A stretch of DNA of 64,000 nt from Alphaproteobacteria bacterium (GTDB taxonomy: Bacteria; Pseudomonadota; Alphaproteobacteria; UBA2966): assembly GCA_964291395.2 (NCBI GenBank), contig OZ219856.1, forward strand, positions 896,001 through 960,000. The letters run 5' to 3'. Shown here in pieces: positions 60,584 to 64,000 of the stretch. Positions within the stretch are counted from its first letter, which is position 1. Each line of letters opens with the position of its first letter. Below the pieces are notes generated by a model, which was not told the origin of the DNA, did no database searches, and saw nothing but the letters and a program-made list of their open reading frames with translations. Made by a program: the position numbers and the translations under genes.

Positions 60584-61270
60584 ATGATGCCTTTTCTCAC
60601 CCCCGTGGATATTGCCGCGATCCTTTGGTTTTTCGGCCTTTGGGTTGGCTACAACCGGATCGCGGACAGCGAGCGGCTGCGGCACAAATCGGTCATGGGC
60701 GTGATCCAGGAACATCGTATCCGCTGGATGCGCGAGATGCTGAACCGCGACATGCGCATGGTGGACACCATGATCCTCAATCACCTTCAGGGCGGCATCG
60801 GGCTGTTCGCCTCCACCAGCATCCTGGCCGTCGGCGGCCTCATCGCCGCGCTTGGCGCTACCGACAAGGCCGTCGCCGTGCTCTCCGATCTGCCCCTCGT
60901 CGGGGAAACGACCCGCCTCGAGTACGAGATGAAGGTCCTGCTCCTTCTGATGATCTTCGTCTACGCGTTCTTCAAATTCGTCTGGTCCTATCGGCTCTAC
61001 GGCTTTTGCGCCGTCATGGTCGGCGCCGTGCCCGCCAGCACCGATCTCAGCCCGGAAGCGGAGGTCCAGGCCGAACGGGCGGCCCGGATCAACGGCCTCG
61101 CCGGGAGGCATCAAAATCAGGGGCTGCGCGCGTTCTACTTCGCGCTTGCCGCTCTGGCCTGGTTTATCCACCCTGTCGCGTTCATCGTTGCGACGATGTG
61201 GGTGGTGGTCGTGCTCTATCGGCGCGATTTCCGGTCGCGTTCCCAGCGGATCATGCGGGGCGACACCTGA
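60584..61270 (+). CDS. DUF599 family membrane protein
   Basis: W.GY, R..WM..M..RD.R..D, FASTS, F.YAFFKF.WS.R, N.GLRAFYF, RRDFRS; SD GGAGG. Confidence 0.85.
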   Translation: MMPFLTPVDIAAILWFFGLWVGYNRIADSERLRHKSVMGVIQEHRIRWMREMLNRDMRMVDTMILNHLQGGIGLFASTSILAVGGLIAALGATDKAVAVLSDLPLVGETTRLEYEMKVLLLLMIFVYAFFKFVWSYRLYGFCAVMVGAVPASTDLSPEAEVQAERAARINGLAGRHQNQGLRAFYFALAALAWFIHPVAFIVATMWVVVVLYRRDFRSRSQRIMRGDT

Positions 61271-61392
61271 CCGGATCCTATCCGGAAAATCTGTTTCCTG
61301 GGCTGTCGCGGGCGGCGGGTGAACGGCCATTGTGGCACCGTGGCAGAAATATCACATCCGGGAACATTCCATGACCGGCGCGCGGTAACGGT

Positions 61393-61421
61393 TTGTGCCT
61401 GTGCGCCCGTGTTCCTATAAA
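61393..61421 (+). promoter_or_regulatory. Sigma70-type promoter of the porin locus
   Basis: TTGTGC-17 nt-TATAAA, followed by SD GAGG and ATG at 61458. Confidence 0.55.
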
Positions 61422-61457
61422 TTCGGTCGTCACGCATTTACTCAAGAGGTTCCGATA

Positions 61458-62581
61458 ATGAAAACAGTAAAGCAACGGCTTCTGCCTTTTGCCACCAGCG
61501 CCCTGGTGGCTGCCGCATCCATGGCAGGAGGGGCCGCGAACGCCGAGGCGATGAAGCCGCCCTGTCGGTCGAGCGGTTACTACTAACCGACCGACACATG
61601 GCCGACGAAGTCGGGTCAGGATGGCGACGGCCGTATCTCCAGGGGCATGACTCGGAAGTATTTTCAACGGATCCGGCGCCCCTCGACAACGGCATCAAGA
61701 TCGCCGCCGTTGGCGGAGTTCGAGGTTCATGGGCTGGTGGCGTTGCGGCGACACTGGATCAGCCTTCGGGCGGCTGGGGCACCGCCTTCAGGCTGGGATG
61801 CCCGGACGGGCGTAGCAAGCCCAGACCCGCCGGCGCGGCCTATGGGCGGTTATGCGGCGTCACATCAGGCGTGCAGACCGGTGGTTCAAGGGGCCGGACA
61901 TTGATTTCAAGGGATGTGCGTTCCGTTGCACCTTGGGTGGAACGAACCTCGATGCCGGGAAATGAGCCGACCAAGGCCACTACTTCTCGCCCCGCTTCAA
62001 CGGCTTCCAGTTCGCCGTGTAGCGTACCGTCCGTCGATCACAGACGAAAAGGCCGCGAACGAGGACCGGCACAGACGAGTATCACAAGCGAGTCGCCCGT
62101 CTTTACTCCGGTTGACGGTGCCGAACGTAACGGCGAGTTCGGGCGGCCGTATCAGCGCCACCGTTGCCGCACAGGGATAGGCCGACCCCGATATGCGGCG
62201 GAAGGCGGTCCCGACTACGAGCACGTGGTGGTCGGCTGGTCATCGCTCAGCGCTATGGGCTTCACCGTCGGCGGCCGCATCTGCCAATGAGGGCCGAGAA
62301 TGGTGCCCACAACGACACCAACTCCTTCGATGCGCGCTCGGCGTCTCATGTACGGTCAAGGGCCGTGGAAGGTCAGCGTGCCGACGTGTTCTCAGGCTCG
62401 ATCAAGCCCGGGGACGAGTACAACGCTTGGTCCCGCGGCTACACGGTCGGTCCGGGGCTGAAGGCGGTCATCGCCGGATTCCAAGACCGCGACCTCTATG
62501 GACCCCGAGGGGGATGCCGGCAGCGTGGACGTAAACGTGCCTTCATCCGCTGGCGTGGCGGCACTTCGTGGAAAGTCTTGA
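61458..62581 (+). pseudogene. Alphaproteobacterial general porin gene, heavily frameshifted
   Basis: Signal peptide ATSALVAA..AANA; collinear blocks in shifting frames LSV.GYY, DSEV.F.G..LDNGIKI, GGWG..RLG, YFSPRFNGFQFAV, GFTVGG, YGQGPWKVS, YTVGPGLK. Confidence 0.75.
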
Positions 62582-62651
62582 GTGGCCCCCAGAACAGCCG
62601 CCTGACCGACTTCGAACCCCGTCCTGCCTTTATCGTGGACTCGGTCGGGAG

Positions 62652-62681
62652 AGGGCGGTTCCTTCGGGGGCCGCCCTTTTT
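62652..62681 (+). terminator. Rho-independent terminator
   Basis: AGGGCGGTTCC-TTCG-GGGGCCGCCCT followed by a T run. Confidence 0.85.
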
Positions 62682-63024
62682 GGGCCATCGCCCGAGCCTG
62701 TCACGCCGAACCCAAAAGGCACGATTCCTTCCGATAATTTTCATTGTCGGAACGTGCGCGCGTCTTGTTCACGCCGCCGCATGTGCCGCTTCTCCCAGGA
62801 TTCGAGCGGGTACGGCGCGACTGCTCGCAGGATGCCGATGTCGTTCCGTCCCGACCGATCGTGCCCGCCGACGGGCCCGACACGCCGCGGCAGCGCCGAT
62901 GCGAGAGGCCGAAGCCGCGGTGGCCGTTATCCGCGTCGCCGGGCCGTTCGAGGCCTTGGGAGGTCCGAGTTGCGCCGGCCGAAGACACCCGCTGGACGAA
63001 GGAGGTGCCGAAGCCCGGCACGTC

Positions 63025-64000
63025 CTAGGCGCATTCTCGCGGACTTGTCCGGCAATCGCAGGTTTCGCGCCGGCAAATGCCGCAAAGAATATCGCCCTGG
63101 GATCCCGGGCCGTGCCTCAATCGCGCGACCGCCCCGCGTGCCGCGAGCTGGCTGCGGGCATAGCGGCCCGGCATGGACGGCGACTGCCAGCGTCCGGCGA
63201 CCTGCATCTCGACCAGCCCGGCCCCGGCCGCGGCGAGGGATTGCGCGGACCCGATCCGGAGCGAGTGACCGGAAACCCGACCCTCGATACCGGCTTCGGC
63301 GGCGCGCGCCTGGATGATGGCGCGGGCGGCGCGATCCGTGATCGCTTCGGCCAGGACCACCCCGTTGCAGCGGATGCGCCGGAACAACGGGCCGTCATGG
63401 ATGCCGCCTGCGTCGCGCCACGTCGTGATCCTCCGCATGGTCGGTTCGCCGACGAACAATACCGCGCCTTCTCCTTCCTGGTCCGTCTTGCTGCGATGCA
63501 CGGTGAGCCGGCCGGACCCGTCCGCCTCGGTCTCGAGGTCGGCAACTTGGGTGGCGACGGCCTCGGACATGCGGAGCAGGCAATCGCTGGTGAGCGCGAC
63601 AAGCGCAGCATCGCGAAGCCCGGCAAGCTTCCTGTCGCTATTGGCTGCCACGGCGGCAACGGTATCGGCTTCGGACCATTGGAGGCCCCTTACTTGGCCG
63701 CGGCCACGCCCGCGCCCCTCGCGGCGGATCCCGGCAAGCACCCGAAAGGTTTGCTCGCCGACCGGCGCCGGATGCCCGACCAGCTTCGCGGCAGTCTTCA
63801 CGGCGGCAACGGTAAGCGCGATCGTTTCTGGCGCGAGTCCGGCTTCATGGCGCTCGGCGAGATAGTCGGCGATCGCGACGTCGTTGGGTTCCCGACCTTG
63901 TTCGGCAAGCCAGGAGTCGAGGCTTGCGAGCGCAGCGCGATAGGTGGCAATCGTGCGGGGAGCAAGGGCCGCACCGGCGAGGCGCTGCGCGGCTTCAGAG
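63025..64000 (-). CDS. Cre-like tyrosine recombinase/integrase (5' end beyond window)
   Basis: Open frame to the window edge; RDAAL, LLRMSE (Arg), RSKTDQ (Lys), GHSLRIG (HxxR), GRW, PGRY (Tyr). Confidence 0.9.
   Translation of the reverse strand, partial: SEAAQRLAGAALAPRTIATYRAALASLDSWLAEQGREPNDVAIADYLAERHEAGLAPETIALTVAAVKTAAKLVGHPAPVGEQTFRVLAGIRREGRGRGRGQVRGLQWSEADTVAAVAANSDRKLAGLRDAALVALTSDCLLRMSEAVATQVADLETEADGSGRLTVHRSKTDQEGEGAVLFVGEPTMRRITTWRDAGGIHDGPLFRRIRCNGVVLAEAITDRAARAIIQARAAEAGIEGRVSGHSLRIGSAQSLAAAGAGLVEMQVAGRWQSPSMPGRYARSQLAARGAVARLRHGPGSQGDILCGICRRETCDCRTSPRECA

Noticed and set aside
61458-61586. Secreted signalling peptide (signal + EAMKPPCRSSGYY)
   Set aside because: It is the porin N-terminus; LSV.GYY is recovered by a frame change.
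61420-62681. Large structured ncRNA (GOLLD/ROOL/OLE-like) suggested by promoter + 1.2 kb ORF-poor DNA + terminator
   Set aside because: Ordered porin peptide motifs in shifting frames explain the region better.
62700-63025. Possible degraded ORF between the terminator and the recombinase
   Set aside because: No recognisable motif or consistent frame.

Overview
High-GC bacterial chromosome segment. The divergent gatCAB / ruvX-pyrB-pyrC-plsY layout and the porin type point to Alphaproteobacteria; a host-associated (e.g. marine invertebrate symbiont) lifestyle is only an inference from gene content. 0-32 kb is a dense catabolic and transport region. It has a PotD-type ABC system lacking its ATPase, an OYE-like flavoenzyme, an LLM oxidoreductase and a dihydropyrimidinase. 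It also has an N-carbamoylsarcosine amidase + HyuA + HyuB operon (N-methylhydantoin/creatinine route) whose HyuB carries an unexpected C-terminal Rad52/22-like domain. Further on are a second HyuB, MmgE/PrpD, ArgE, an amidase, TauD, two choline-sulfatase paralogs interleaved with a TctCBA transporter, and a DHA2 MFS pump. 32-48 kb is mostly core genes: plsY, pyrC, pyrB, ruvX, gatCAB, two GSTs, an OCD-family protein, an arylsulfatase and tRNA-Ser(GCT), with a three-gene catabolic insert between ruvX and pyrB. 48-64 kb, downstream of the tRNA, is mosaic: an IlvD-like protein missing Fe-S cysteines, an integrase remnant, PiT/NUDIX and pyruvate carboxylase. Then come four toxin-antitoxin loci (two preceded by the same 40-bp repeat, one a PIN-DUF3775-like fusion), IS fragments, an indel-riddled porin gene that keeps its promoter and terminator, and a Cre-like tyrosine recombinase cut by the window edge. 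All family calls come from motif recognition by eye, not database searches. Several indel-rich patches may be sequencing or consensus errors.
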